Source of the DNA: the human T2T-CHM13v2.0 reference genome, Homo sapiens
Direction: 5' to 3' (one strand)
DNA: 64,000 nt
Assembly (NCBI RefSeq): GCF_009914755.1
Contig: NC_060935.1
Both the position numbers and the translations under genes were made by a program. Shown here piece after piece: positions 1-13,459 of this stretch (its first letter is position 1; the number at the start of each line of letters is the position of its first letter). The notes beneath the pieces were generated by a model. That model was not told where the DNA came from, did no database searches, and worked only from the letters and a program-made list of their open reading frames with translations.

Positions 1-153
1 AACCCGTACCGCGCCAAAGAGGAGTACGTGGTCCACACTATCTTCCCCTCCAACGGCAGCAGCCTCTGCAAGGCCACACACACCATTGGCTATGGCACCA
101 CGCGGGGCTACCGGGACGGCGGCATCCCCGACATAGACTACTCCTACACATGA
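1..153 (+). CDS. FLRT1: FLRT1 (fibronectin leucine-rich transmembrane protein 1), 3' end of the coding region, cytoplasmic tail (partial; CDS begins before the window)
   Basis: Frame +1 reads [50 protein letters not shown] then TGA at 151-153. This matches the FLRT-family C-terminus I recall (YRDxGIPD motif). It is absent from the ORF track because its start lies upstream. Confidence 0.96.
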
Positions 154-1040
154 TGCCCGCCCACCCGGGCTGCCCCGCCTCAGCCCCAGCTGCCCTGGCG
201 TGGCCATGTGGCTTTGCCCAGCCTGCTGCAATCCAAGAGAGCAAGGAAGAGAAATTCCATGGGTGACTTTCCTCCGCAGAAAGCAAAGTTTGGGGAGGGC
301 TGACGATTTTGTAGAACACAACAGTGACAATTTTTTTTAAAAGAATAGAAGGCAGGAGGGGGAATTCGACATTGTTGAAGACATAATTTATACCAAGTTA
401 TGCCAGTTGGGGAGGGAAGGACTAAAAATAATATTGCAGGCAGGGCTGGGTTGGGTTTTTTTTTTTCCCCCCTGAACTGGAAGGATACTACCTGTACAAC
501 ATCTGTGGACACCTCATGCTCTGTTCAAGGCCATCACAAAGGAACCGCCAGGGAGAAGCAGCCGGCTCTCAAAGCTCCCACGCAGCTCTCCCGCCACTGG
601 CCACTCGCTGGCGACCCGATGGAAGGTTTTCAGGCTCCTCACAAAGGAGAGAGGGAAGAAAAGATCTTTTGCCCTGGAGATATGGTCCTGAAATCTCTCC
701 CCTGGCTTATTCCATACCATTTCCCTTGCAGATTTGCAGAAACATGGCATCTTTCACTGCATTCTTTGAACAATCATGTAGTCGATTAAAAAAAAAAAAC
801 AAACTTTTTTTTCCTAGGCTGAAGCCCTCTTCAGTTCCATGCACCACGCTCCGTAGAAGCCCCGGCGGAAGCCGTAGCTTTCCCTGCCACCTGGAGGTGC
901 ATCTGTCTGCCTGTCTATCCCTGTCGTGGTGTCTCTAAGTACAGATGGGTAGATAGAGCCACATGCACGGTCCTTACCGTTCTTCTTGGGTCAGTTCTTA
1001 CCATTTCCTGAACAATAGAATTGTGAAAGTGTTGCTTTCT
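154..1040 (+). other. FLRT1: FLRT1 proximal 3'UTR with a candidate variant poly(A) signal AATAGA at 1014-1019
   Basis: Follows the stop codon and contains U-rich and A-rich tracts. AATAGA is followed by GU/U-rich sequence (gtgttgctttct). The end point is inferred. Confidence 0.55.
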
Positions 1041-2264
1041 CCTAGAAATCCTTGAGTAAGTAGACCGTGTGTTGGGGATGGGAGTGAGGTGGGGGAGGAG
1101 ACTTGGTCTCCAGGGGCTGCTGCTGTTCCTAAAGGCTGAGGTGTGTATGTCTCAGACGGGTGGCTTAGGGAGGCGTCGCAGCTGGGGCTGCCAGTCCCAT
1201 CCTGGCTCAGCTTGGCCAGCACTGGGCTGCTCTCCTTTCTGATACAGATAAAAGCTTTATTTGATTCCAGTGTCCTCGTCTCCCTCCCCCACCACGTGCA
1301 ATCACCTTAACAGCTACTTTCTGAGCATTTACCATGTGCTGAATGTTCCCTCCTAGGACGGGTAATTAGCGCAGGGATTTTTTTTTTAAATATCAGCTGA
1401 TTAGACCTATTGGTTTCCATGGCTGCTCAAACAAAGCCCAGAAAAAGACACAAAAATTCTCGAAAAAGCCCTGGGTGATGGCAGTCCCTCCCTGAATGTA
1501 GAAAACTCAGCTGGGCCCACCCCTGGGACTCTGTTTCTTGAGAGGGAGAGACCAGATCTCTTTCTAAAAATGCCAGCCTCCGAAAGGGCCCTGACTGGGA
1601 CCCTCAGAAGAGTTAAGATTTTATTTCCTCCCTCTGGAATCCATGTCGCTATCATGCATTTATCAACTGACAGTGCAGTGTGGTGAGCCATGAGATTAAA
1701 ACGATGATGAAATAATGACAGCGAATTGGAGAGGGAGGAAGAGCGGAGCCTGGGGTTCCGACGTGCCTGCGTCCCAGTACTCAGGGAGCCCGGGTCACCA
1801 TCTGTCACTGTGCCGCTTGTTCTGCGCCAAGGAAAAGGAACGTCAAAGAGGAGATGCTGGTCCGAGGGCAGGAGGATGAGAGGGCTGGGAGCGCCCGGTG
1901 GTGCTATTTTCAAACGGCCTCCACCACCGTGCGAAAAGCAAAGGCAGAAGCAGCAGCGGGGCAGGGGTTACGTTAAAAGGCCCGACCGCCACCTTCAGTG
2001 AGGAGATGGGGCTGAAAGGAGCGGACACAACAGCCACGTGGAAAGTGGAAAAATGGGCGCAGGCTCCCAGCACGGCCTGGGGGGGCTAGCCCACGAAATA
2101 GGTCCACTCCCCAGCCCTGGGGAACAGCCGAGCAGCGTGGTCACGTTTCACTCGAAACTAGACGTGTTTTTCCTTTTCCTGCCTGAATCATTTTCTCACA
2201 CAATAAGGTCAAGAGAGAAATTTCCCCAGGCCTTAATGTCAGGTCTGTATAAAAGGCAGCCCCA

Positions 2265-2798
<534 letters not shown>

Positions 2799-5700
2799 CT
2801 AGGTCCCCCTGTCTCCTCTCCCCACCCTAGACAGGTCAGGTCATGCCCTTAGTGGCTAGGAAGGCATCTGGGGACAGCAGGTGGCCCGGACCGTGAGAGC
2901 TGCCTGGGAAGGTCCTGCTTGGCTGGGGCAGGAGTGCGGGAGACTTAGTGCTAGAGAGCAGGCAGAGCTGGGAGCCAGCCTGTGCCCAGCCACGCCCTCC
3001 GAGACAAGGCCTGAGTGATGAGCTTTCCTCCCCTCCCATTGCACAGAGCAGGCCCAGGCAGGCAGGAGCCCTGGCAGCTGCCCCAGAGGAGCTCCTTGGG
3101 CCCCAGGACCACGCGAGTCTCCTGTTCCTGGTTCTTGCACTAACTGGGCGAGGGCGGGGCTCGGCCCCTCTTACCAGACCCTGCCTGCCTCATCGTGGGG
3201 ATCACCCACCCACTGGCGCTCTAAGTGTGGAGGAAGGTAGATGCTCCACCCAGTCAGGGCCCTGGGACCCAGCTCTAGAGCTGACTTTCTCATCTTTTCT
3301 GCCCCTTAGCTATCCTGACACCTTCCCAGGGTCCTTTCTGGGCTTTCCCAGAGGAAGCCCCCAAATATCTGCTGTGTCACAGCCCCTCAGCCAGGGAGGG
3401 GCCAGAAGCTAGGTCCGTTCTGAAACCCCATCCCCTCTTGGCCCAGCTCCTCCCAGCTGGTCTCATACCACAAGATAGGAGATGTTTCAGGACACCCAGC
3501 CTCCCCTACACCTCAGACATGCGTGAGGACACAAGGCCTGGGATGCCAACCCCAGCCTGTCTAAATTCTCCCGGGCTCCCGTGCACAGCTGACATTTCCA
3601 AGGGAACGTCCGCGGCTGGGCTGACCCTCACAGCCTCTAAGTAGCCAGAATAACCTCAGCGGCCCCAGCACTGATGAGTACGTTTTGTGGCATTTAAGGC
3701 AGGTTTAAAGTTAAAGATAAAAAAAGCCCATGACGCTTCTTTGGTTAAGTGGTTTACCCTTCGTGGTAATTAGATGTAGTGATTGGAATCTCTTTTCTAT
3801 TACATGGCAATTTTCCTTTAAATCTCCCCTAAAAAAAAAAAAGGAAAGGAAAGAAAAGGCAAGGAAGGAGAGAGAGAAGGCACCAGCAGGCCGGGAATCA
3901 TTTGCATTTTGCGAATGAGGCCTCTTGTAAGCTCAGCTCAGGCGTGGGGCCCAATGTATGGAATGCTTAAGAGATTACTAAAAATAAAATCTATTAATTA
4001 GTCATACTCAATTCCACAGACATGATGTGCATCAAAAGCTCCTTTTCTTCCCTTTTCTCCTTCCCCCTCCCCACGGCCTCCCGCCACAGCCTCCATCTTC
4101 TCTAAATAGGCTGGGGCTTGCTCCACGCTAACATGGTGCATGCGGCGGCCAGGGGCCTCCCTGACACAGGGCCAGGATGCAGGTCCGGAGCCAAGAGCAG
4201 GGGCATTGCACCTTCCTGGCTCTGGGTGACGCTGGCAGGGGAGGGGACAGCACCTGGGAAGATGGCAGCAGCTAGGAGGGGCCCAACCTGACTCTCCCAA
4301 AGCCCAAAGCCCACACCTGCCGTGTGCCTCTTCTCCCTCCCTCTACACAGGCACCGGGTCTCCTCCTTCCCCTGGGGATCTGGGAAACCCTCCCTCTGAG
4401 CCCAGCCCAGCCCTGTCCGAACAAAGCCAGGCAGAGAGCTGAGGAGGGGGTCGGGGAGATGTTTCCAGAGCGGTGCAGGGAAAGAGGGTTTGGTGAGAAT
4501 ACAGCCTCTGTTTCCCCTTCTGTAAAGTGGGGGTGTGCTAGGGAGGGGTCCAGCGTCACTCAGGAAACTGGTGCTCCAGAGGCCAAGTGGGGGCCCTTCC
4601 CCGCTGCTGGTGCTGAAAGGTTCTAGCTGGCCCAAGTCAGGTGAGGGATCCCTGAAGGGTTGGAGGGGCTGGTCAGGGCCTGAGCAGAGGACAGGCTGGG
4701 ACCCAAGGCTGCCTCGGAACCTGTGCCTCCCTCCTTCACCTCCGGCCCTGGAGCCAAGGAGCCAGGAGAGGAGGAGAAAGAGCAGACCCTCCCCCTTGAA
4801 AATGGCAGCTCAAGTCCCAAAGCCAGCCCACTTCAGAAACCTGCTTCCTGCTGAACGTGCCAGAGAGGAGGCTGGGGCTTCTGAGCCTTGCACTTATGAA
4901 AAATACAACAAGGAGAACTGGATGCAGCAAAGAGGGAGCAAAGGGGCGGGGAGGGCAACGGGGAGAGCAGGGGCAGTGCTGGCAGGAGGGGCCGGGCGCA
5001 GGGACCTGTGCCCCCAAGGGCCAGACCCTGCTCTCAGGGCCAGGACGCAGCCAGGGTCAGTGACGGGCGTCCGCGTGCCTCCTCATACTCGATTGGCACA
5101 GGTGACGGTGGCTGCTGCCTGCCCCTGGATGGGCGCCAGGGCAAGCACTCACAGGCGATTCGCAGCCGTGCATTGGCCTTCCGAGTGCAGAGAGGAGGCA
5201 TTTTTTTTTCTTAAGGAGGGATAAAAAGGCTCAAAAATGCAAATCGTTACCGTTTACAACCAAGCAAGTCTGCTAAATTGATTAGGAGAGATTAAACTCC
5301 TTGGAGGTGCAGGGAAAGGGGGATTTTTCGTGGTTTATGAACCTGCCCCAAGTGGCTATCTGCATAGCAGGGACTTTCTGGGCCTCGATGGGTGGGGTGG
5401 GGGGGTTGGGGGTGCAAGATGGGGGCACCTGCCCTGGCTTGGCTCCCTGGGGAGCCAGGGTCTCTGAAGACAACACCAAATGGACCAGAGCACTCAGGCT
5501 TGAGGCTCCAGCACTGCCCTAGGGAAAGGGACTCAGGCCTCTGGGACAAGTGGCCCATCCAGTCCTTAGAAAGTAGGACTCTAGAGCCGTGGGCTTTTCT
5601 GCTTCCTTTCTGTTCTGGGTGGGTCTGTCTCCAATCCACTCCTTGTGGCCAGTAAAAGGGGAGTGGGTAAAGGGAAAACTGAAGGTCAGGGAAGAGAAAC

Positions 5701-6540
5701 TCTAGCCCAGCAAAGGAAACAGGCAGTGAGCTCTCCGTCACTGGGAGCATTCAAGCACTAGATGGGGACGTGGCAGATATTTTCCTCCCAAGGTCTGGTG
5801 CTTTGACTAGAAGATCCTGGTTCCCACCCTTGCTTTCTCATCCCCCAGGACACTGAAAGGGAGCAGATATCAAGAGAAGTTCACCATGTTGTTTAAAGTC
5901 ACTGGTGTCCCCTGAAAACCCCAAGTCAGGGCAGTCCTGAAGCCAGACCATCCTGCCCCACCAAAGAGCCACTTGTGCCAGCAGAGAGGCTGCAAAATAC
6001 CCATCCTCAGTGTCCAAGAGGCACCAAGAAAGTACAGATACATGCCACCCCCTTTCCAGAGTCTAAACTCAGCACCTATGGCTCGCCAGAGGGGCTGACA
6101 GAGAGCGCCTCCCAGGCCCTGCAGCTCCGAAGCCCAGGCTGCGTCCTGGACCTGTCTCTTAAGCCAGGGCTGCCCCACGTGCAGTCCAACACGCTCATGC
6201 TGCTGCTGCTGCCACTGTATCTATCCATCCATCCATCACCGCCGGTGGATGGCGCCTGGGGCACTTTTCACTCTGTGGTTTTAAGCATTTACTGTTTCTT
6301 TTGAAATGTTCCAAGTAGGTGCCTGAAATACCCATATTTGCTTCTTTTTAAAAAACTCACAGAAAGATTCTTTTTGCTCTCCATCCCCTCCCTTTGCTCT
6401 TCCCCCTCCCTCGGCATTTTTAATCTGTGGGTTTTCCCTGGTTTTGGAAATTCCAAAAGTGGGGGTCAGGCCCCCTTTCTCACCATAACAGATTTGCGGG
6501 TGTGCCTGGAGACCCCCAAAGCCACAGAGCAAAGCCTGGT

Positions 6541-7020
<480 letters not shown>

Positions 7021-9120
7021 TAGGGCAACCTGTGGGTGGGATGACTGCCCCCACGTCCTAACAAAGCCAGCCCCCAAAGCACTGTGGCCATCTGAGTGGG
7101 CACAGTGCCCTGGCCCCCCTGCCTCCCCACACCTGAAAGCCCAAAGCCTAAGACCAGAGAGTCCTCAAAGGAAGGTCTTTGCTGCCACAGCCCTAAATCT
7201 CATCAAGGTAGATAGTCAGAGTCAGCACCTTGCCCTTCCCAGGGTCACTGGGGCCCAGCACAGTGCCTGGCACACAGGGGTACTCAATCCTTTCTCTGCC
7301 ACCAACGGAACGAGGCCGCCTCCTCCTCTCACTTCCTCCCCAGTTGCCATCTGCCCACTCATTGAGGATGGCCCAGGCACGAGTGTTGGCAACAAACAGG
7401 CTTCTCTCGTCCTGCTCCTGCCCCGCCAGCAGCTGGCACAGAGAGGGGCTCATCTCAGCAGCTTTACCTCTTGGAAGCACCTCGCTCCACCCTGCCTTGG
7501 ATCCACGTGTTGCCAGCTGTGAGCCAGATGGAGAAATGTAGCCACTCTGAGAGATCCGGTGGCTGCCCCAACCTGTGTCAGTAACTCAGTTTCCCTTCTC
7601 CAAGACTTGCCTTGAGTGGATGACAAGGGGGAGAGAACTGGGGGAGGGCCCCACAGAGGCGCTGCAAGAAATCCAGATCCCAGGCGACACCTGCTGCCTT
7701 GCCTGCTGCCCCCGCAGAATCCCTGCATCTGGAGCCACCCACCTGGAGGAACTCATCGGGCTTCCTCTGTAGACGGGAAAAAACAAACGCACCACAAACC
7801 GACAATCAAAGCCATGGCGGATGCGGGGCCGCCACCAGTTCATCTCCCTGGAGCCAGGCGGCTCCAGGCCTCTCTCACCTTTCTTGTGTGGAACGCAGGC
7901 TTGCAATGTTCTGAGCCCACCTGTCCTCGGGCTAGTCCCATTTTCAAAAGTTCTGAGTACGCAGGTGAGAAGACACCCCCACAAAACCCCAAAACTAGCC
8001 TTAGGCTGTTTTTCCCCAACACAACGCACCTCCACACCCCACACCGCCAGCAGCCCACCTGGGTACCCAAAGTGAGCCGCCAGGGAGTTCCGAGGACCCT
8101 GCCTGGTGCCTTCCAGCTCATAAGGAGAGGCCAAGAGCCATGGGGAGGAAGCCACACGGCCCAGCGCTCAGGGCTTGTCATCCAAGAGTGAGAGAAGTGG
8201 GGAGAGAGGTGACGGAGGGTGGAGTGGTGTGTGGCGTCGAAATAGGCTAGCCAGAGAGAGAGGTGCTTGTGGGATTCTGCTGGCTGGAGCCAGGAGGTAA
8301 GTGTGAACAGGGAGGCCAAAGATGAAAGTTATCTGAAAGAGCCCGTACCCCCTATAAACACGGCAGAGGAATGTCTTAAGAGCCACCAACAGTAATTCCC
8401 TTTCCGGATGTTAACAGGTTATTTGTATCTTATGTGGCGTCGTAAAGCATTCTGGAGTGGCACACAACGTCATCCCCTTCCCGGTGGTCTGAAGAGGAGG
8501 AGGAGACCAGGGAGGGGTCCTTGGCCAGCCCCTGGCGGCCAAGGGGTGGGTCCTTCTGCTCTATAGAAGGCAGGAAGCCCGCCAGCTAACCGCCCGGGTC
8601 AGGGGGAGCAGGCCTGATCTCTCCCAAGCCTGTGACCGAGGTCCTGCCTGATGTCCAAGGGGCCCCTGTGCCAGTACCCCCACTTCCCACGCCCCCCAGC
8701 CTTCCTCACCTCCAGAATCAGCCGCCCAGGTGCAGCACTATCTCCTTTCTTTTTCTTGGAAGCCGTCTCAGGGGCCTGAGTGACGGGCCTGACCGTCCCC
8801 GCTACCGCCTGCTGCCATGCGACCAGATGGCTGACCCGGCCCGGCTTCTCAGGGCCCAGACCAGCCTGGCCTCGTGCCCACCTGCTTCGCTCCCAACCTC
8901 ACCACCAGGCAAGGGTTTCCAGAAAACCGAGACACGCAAACACCCACCACCACGACAACAACACAAACCAAAGTGCACTGCGAACCGCCCTTTGGCCTCC
9001 TTCTTGTAGGTGCCTTGAAACTTCAATGTTGAGATGAATGTGATTAACTACTTGGTCCTATTTTCTGTTTGTCTATTTTCATAGAAAATGTCCAAGTCCA
9101 CTTGCCTTGTTCTTTCTTGA

Positions 9121-9126
9121 AATAAA
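9121..9126 (+). terminator. Candidate distal poly(A) signal (AATAAA)
   Basis: Canonical hexamer at the end of a ~120-nt U-rich stretch, with TGTA at 9005-9008 upstream and U-rich sequence downstream. Confidence 0.5.
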
Positions 9127-9227
9127 TAGAAAGATTTAACTTTTACGGTCATCTCTTGCTGCTGACTCTCGGCTTGGCACCCCATCGGGCCAGGGGCCAG
9201 GTGTCCGGGGCACACGTGGTCTCAGCG

Positions 9228-9336
9228 GCCCACCCCCTCCCCGGGCCTTGCCCCCGAGGCTCAGCCCACCCCCTCCCCGGACCTTGCCCCCGAGGCTCAG
9301 CCCACCCCTCCCCGGGCCTTGCCCCCGAGGGTCAGC
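9228..9336. repeat. 35-36 bp GC-rich minisatellite, ~3 copies
   Basis: TTGCCCCCGAGG recurs at 9248, 9284 and 9319. Confidence 0.9.
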
Positions 9337-11069
9337 TCTGTTCTTGGGGTGCCCTGGCTCGGAGGCGGTGACCCGGCAGGATGGAGACTGTTCCCTCCGG
9401 CACCATCCCAACCAAAATGATTCCGCTGCAGGAAGAAGGGCCCTCTGTCCCCACCCACAGGCCCCAGAGGTCTACTGACACCTGAGTCACCACAAGGGGA
9501 CCCAGAGCTGAACCAGAGCTGAACGTAGACTCCGAGGGGTCTCTACATGGAGAAGTATGTGTCAGCAGGAGCTATGGGTTATCCTGGAAGAGGCTCCAGC
9601 AACCAAGTGGCTCCGGGGTAAAAGTGGGACTGTCCGGGTGTTTGGGGACATGAGCTTATGCCACCACCCCAGACGCCCCCCATCCCCTAGATGTACCCAT
9701 TACACTCACAGCTCTGGAGCCTCATCTGCCTCTCTCACATCCCAAAGGGAGGGGGACAGGAAGGAACAAAATTTCCATGAGAACAATAGCAGTCTCTGCT
9801 AAATTTAACATAAAACAAGAACTCATTACTTCTGCCTGAGATCTGATTTCATGTCTGGATACAGTTAACGGGTTTTTCCTTATATTCCAAGGAAGCAAAG
9901 TTAATTCTCAGTGGCCGGTGGCCCTGAGTGGGGTGACGTGGGCCCCACAGGTGCTCTCTGCCCCACCCTCCTCCTCCATCCTCACCTCCTGTCCTGCCAG
10001 GGCAGGAGCAGCCCAAGAGAGACCACTCTAAGGTGTGGCACACAGTGTGACCACCCAGGAAAGGACCCAGGCTGTTCTTCCAACTTCTCCCTGAGACCCA
10101 GCGCACAGTGGGTGCCCAGGAGGGGTGCCCACTCCCTCACCTGAGACCCATTCTCTGGGGCTGTCGAGGGCTCTTTCTGGAACACAGTCAGCCAGCCAGC
10201 CAGCCAGGAGATATTGACTGAGGGCCTGCTATGCTCTGGGGCTGGTGTATTCCTGCCTCATGGAGGAGTGAGGAATCTACGTGGCTGAGTCAGGGCCTAG
10301 CCTGGGTGGGGCTGGGGAGGCTCTGTGGGGAACCAGATTTCCACAGAGGACGCTTCCACGGATAAGGAGGACTAGGAGGCAATGGGGAAGGCCTGGCACG
10401 CCGCCCGCCTGAGGTAGACAGGAGGGCAGGTCCACTTCTGCGCCCCACTCAGGAAGGCCCTGTGTCCCCCCATCTCCCCGTTGCCCCCCTCAGACTCCAG
10501 CCTCAGTGCAGCCCCACCCTCTGCCCTCCACGCCTGACACCCCCCAGGCCCAGTGTGGCTTAGACTTCAGGTCTATGCTGCACTGGTTTCCCACGCCTCT
10601 GCTGGCCTTTCTCACCTGCACAGGTGACCCCTTCCCACGCCTCGCTTGGCTTGCCCTCCACATCTCCAGATCCCCAGAGGGCACTTGTCTGGCACCAGGA
10701 GGCCCCGTAAACAGGAATGAAGAGTGAGTCAATAAACAGTAAATCAATCAGCCAATCACTCCATGGATCCATGTGAGTACAAGGAGGATGATTCTCCAAG
10801 CACAACAGCCCTTGCCAACCCCAGTGAACCCACCCTTCCCCAGGAAGTCCTGCTCCCGGCTTTACCTCACCCTCCCCACGTGTGGCAGCGCCACAAATCT
10901 GGGGACACCTGTGGAGCCCTCGAAGCTAGGGAAGAAGGGCTGTGTTCTCAAACTCTGTTCCTCAGCCCCTGGAGCTAACACAGGTGTTGCCCAGAAAGGG
11001 TTCCCGGTCACAGGCCTTTGGGAACCACTGGATTAACACCACTGCTCTCCTGGGGCAGGGCCTTGGAGT

Positions 11070-11240
11070 CCCTGGGTATTGGGTTAGACCCATGGGCTCC
11101 GCCAGTTACCACATGTGCTACTCATCCTCTCTGTGCCTCAGTTTCCACCTCCATGCGTACATGATAACAGCTCCATCCCCGACTGCTGTTGGGAGGGTGA
11201 GGTGGGACGACACAGGTAATGCCACTGGGAGTGCCCAGCT
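11070..11240 (+). mobile_element. MIR fragment
   Basis: ctctgtgcctcagtttcc core motif. Confidence 0.55.
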
Positions 11241-13176
11241 CAGAAACCACCCGCACCAACCCTATGGCTGTGACGGAGCCTCTGTGAGAGGGCGTGGGAG
11301 GCCGGGTTGCCTACAGTTTGTCTGGGGAGTGTAGGCCTCCCCCACCCCCAGCACAGCCTCCTGGGGGGTTTCTCCCGCATTCCTGGCCCCCAGGGATGGA
11401 GCCAGGTGCTGAGCTGGTTGGCACTTCTTGCAGGGAGGCCCAGGTTCTTGGCAGGACCTTTGGACCCAGGCAGCAAAGTGCCCCCAGGTCCAGCACAGAG
11501 AGGCAACCGTACAGGGTGGGGCCTGTTCCCCAAACCACCCCCACAACAATCCCAGGTCCACGGCCTGCTGAAGAGGATGACAGGCTGGCTGCAGCCTTAG
11601 GCTTCAGGATTGGGGGTGGGTGTGGGGGACATCTCAGGTTTTAATACGCGCCCCAGGGGAGTTGGAGGCTCAGCCAGGTTTGGGCCGCACAGGAGGGAAT
11701 TGCCAGGACGTGCATTTCAGGAATGAAAGGAAAACCCTCCAAACATAACCTGTTCTGAAGAGGACCGGGTGGTTGGGGGGCCGTGAGCCTCCCGTTCTTA
11801 CAGGAAAGCAAGCAGGACTGGCCAGTGCCTCAAAGGCACTGCAGGGGACCTGCTGGCCCCAAAGAGCCCTGACACCATGTCTTCAGCTGGATGCCAGGAG
11901 ATGGGGTGGTCCCCCGAGAAACCTACCCCACACCACTGCTGCAGCCCCCCACCGTGCCACCCTCCAGCCAAGCCACTTTGGGCCCTTTCCTTCCCCACAA
12001 ATCTCTCAGGACTTGCATTATCACTGAGATTAGGGGCACGTGTGGGTAAGACCCCCGAATGGCTGCCCTGCGGCCAAGAGGCACCTTAAGTCCCGGGGCT
12101 CCGGCTTTGTGTATCTGACTCCATCTGTTTTGTCAGACTCAGGACTAAAAAGCTCCTGCTCAAATGAGAGAGAGAGAGTGGGTGATACCTACCCCTCCAT
12201 GGCTGCTTTCCTGTACCTGGAAACTGCCCTTACCTGGCTACCACTGGGTTCTGGAAGCTTCCCTTCTCCTGCCCCTACTTCCCAGGAGGGGTCTCTGGCC
12301 TCACCGAGCAACCTGAAGAAGAGGCGTCGGAACCTGGGAGGGGTCTAACACCCCAGGCCACACCCCCACACCCAAGTTCTGTGGCTGAGTCTTATCACCC
12401 AGCCTAGGAGGGTCCCGGACGCATGGGAGGGCACCCAGCTGGCCCTGAAATTCTGCCTCCGTGGGTCTGACATTGGCTCATCCACTTTCAGGCACCCCAA
12501 ATAAGGCATGCTTCCAGGACCCCCCCACACATGCCGCTGCCTCCCCGCCGCCGCACCCACGTCACCTTCCAGTGCTGACACTGCCACCTCCCCACCCGCC
12601 ACCCTGTCCAGCACCTCCAGAGGACCTTCTCCTCCTGCGGCAAAGTAAACAGGCTCTCTGGAGTGCTAACTGACAGCACAAATGAAATCCTGCACTCCCT
12701 CCCTCTAAGATTTACAGGGGAAGTGAAATCTTATTTGCAATGCTGCCAAGCCTGGGACGAGATGAAATTATGCCTCAAGAAGAGAACTGGCCGGCCCGGC
12801 GAGGAAGCACTGCATCGGAGATGGGCTTATTAAAACCACAGTGGCCACATTTCAACCTGTTTCAGGTGTTAAGTAATTTACTGCCACCCAGAATTCAGTG
12901 GCAGGTTTTTATCATTTTTATTCTTGTGATGCAGGCGAGTGCCCCAGGAGGTCCCTGTGCAGGGAGCTGCGGGTCTAAATGCTCCCTGTCACCCCCGCCC
13001 CAGGCACTGCAGAGGGAAATGGGGGCCAGCTGCCTGAAGCGGGTGAGGACACCCTGACTCTCTCCAGGGTTACACCCAGCTTGGCCATAGCTCAGAGTGA
13101 CGGGGAGGGCAGGCTTTAAGACCCTCACCCCACCCACGTGTGGGGGCTCCATGATCCCTCAAAGACCCTCGGGACG

Positions 13177-13459
13177 TTTTCTTTTTTTTGATGGAGTCGC
13201 TCTGTCACCCAGGCTGGTGTACAGTGAGGTGATCTCGGCAGCTTCCGCCTCCCAGGTTCAAGCGATTCTCCTGCCTCAGCCTCCCAAGTAGCTGCGTGTA
13301 CAGGCGTGTGCTACCACGCCCAGCTAATTTTTGTATTTTTACTAGAGATGGGGTTTCTCCATGTTGGCCAGGCTGGTCTTGAACTCCCAACTTCAATGAT
13401 CCACCCGCATCAGCCTCCCAAAGTGCTGGGATTACAGGAGTGAGCCACCGCGCCCAGCC
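13177..13459 (-). mobile_element. Alu (AluS-like) with TSD
   Basis: Reverse Alu flanked by ccctcgggacgttttc and ccctcaggatgttttc. Confidence 0.93.

Noticed and set aside
4535-5224. 229-aa ORF, and similar 200+ aa ORFs at 15996, 17355, 17547, 24840, 30591, 31956 and 34550
   Set aside because: Expected by chance in GC-rich DNA; several run through L1, MIR, Alu or simple repeats, and none resembles a known protein family
8294-8302. Perfect plus-strand splice donor GAG|GTAAGT (others near 13650 and 15815)
   Set aside because: No convincing paired acceptor or coding frame; isolated consensus donors are expected by chance in 64 kb
8632-9009. 125-aa Pro-rich ORF just upstream of the candidate distal poly(A) site
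   Set aside because: GTG start, no recognisable domain and no clear splice structure; more simply read as UTR or intron sequence
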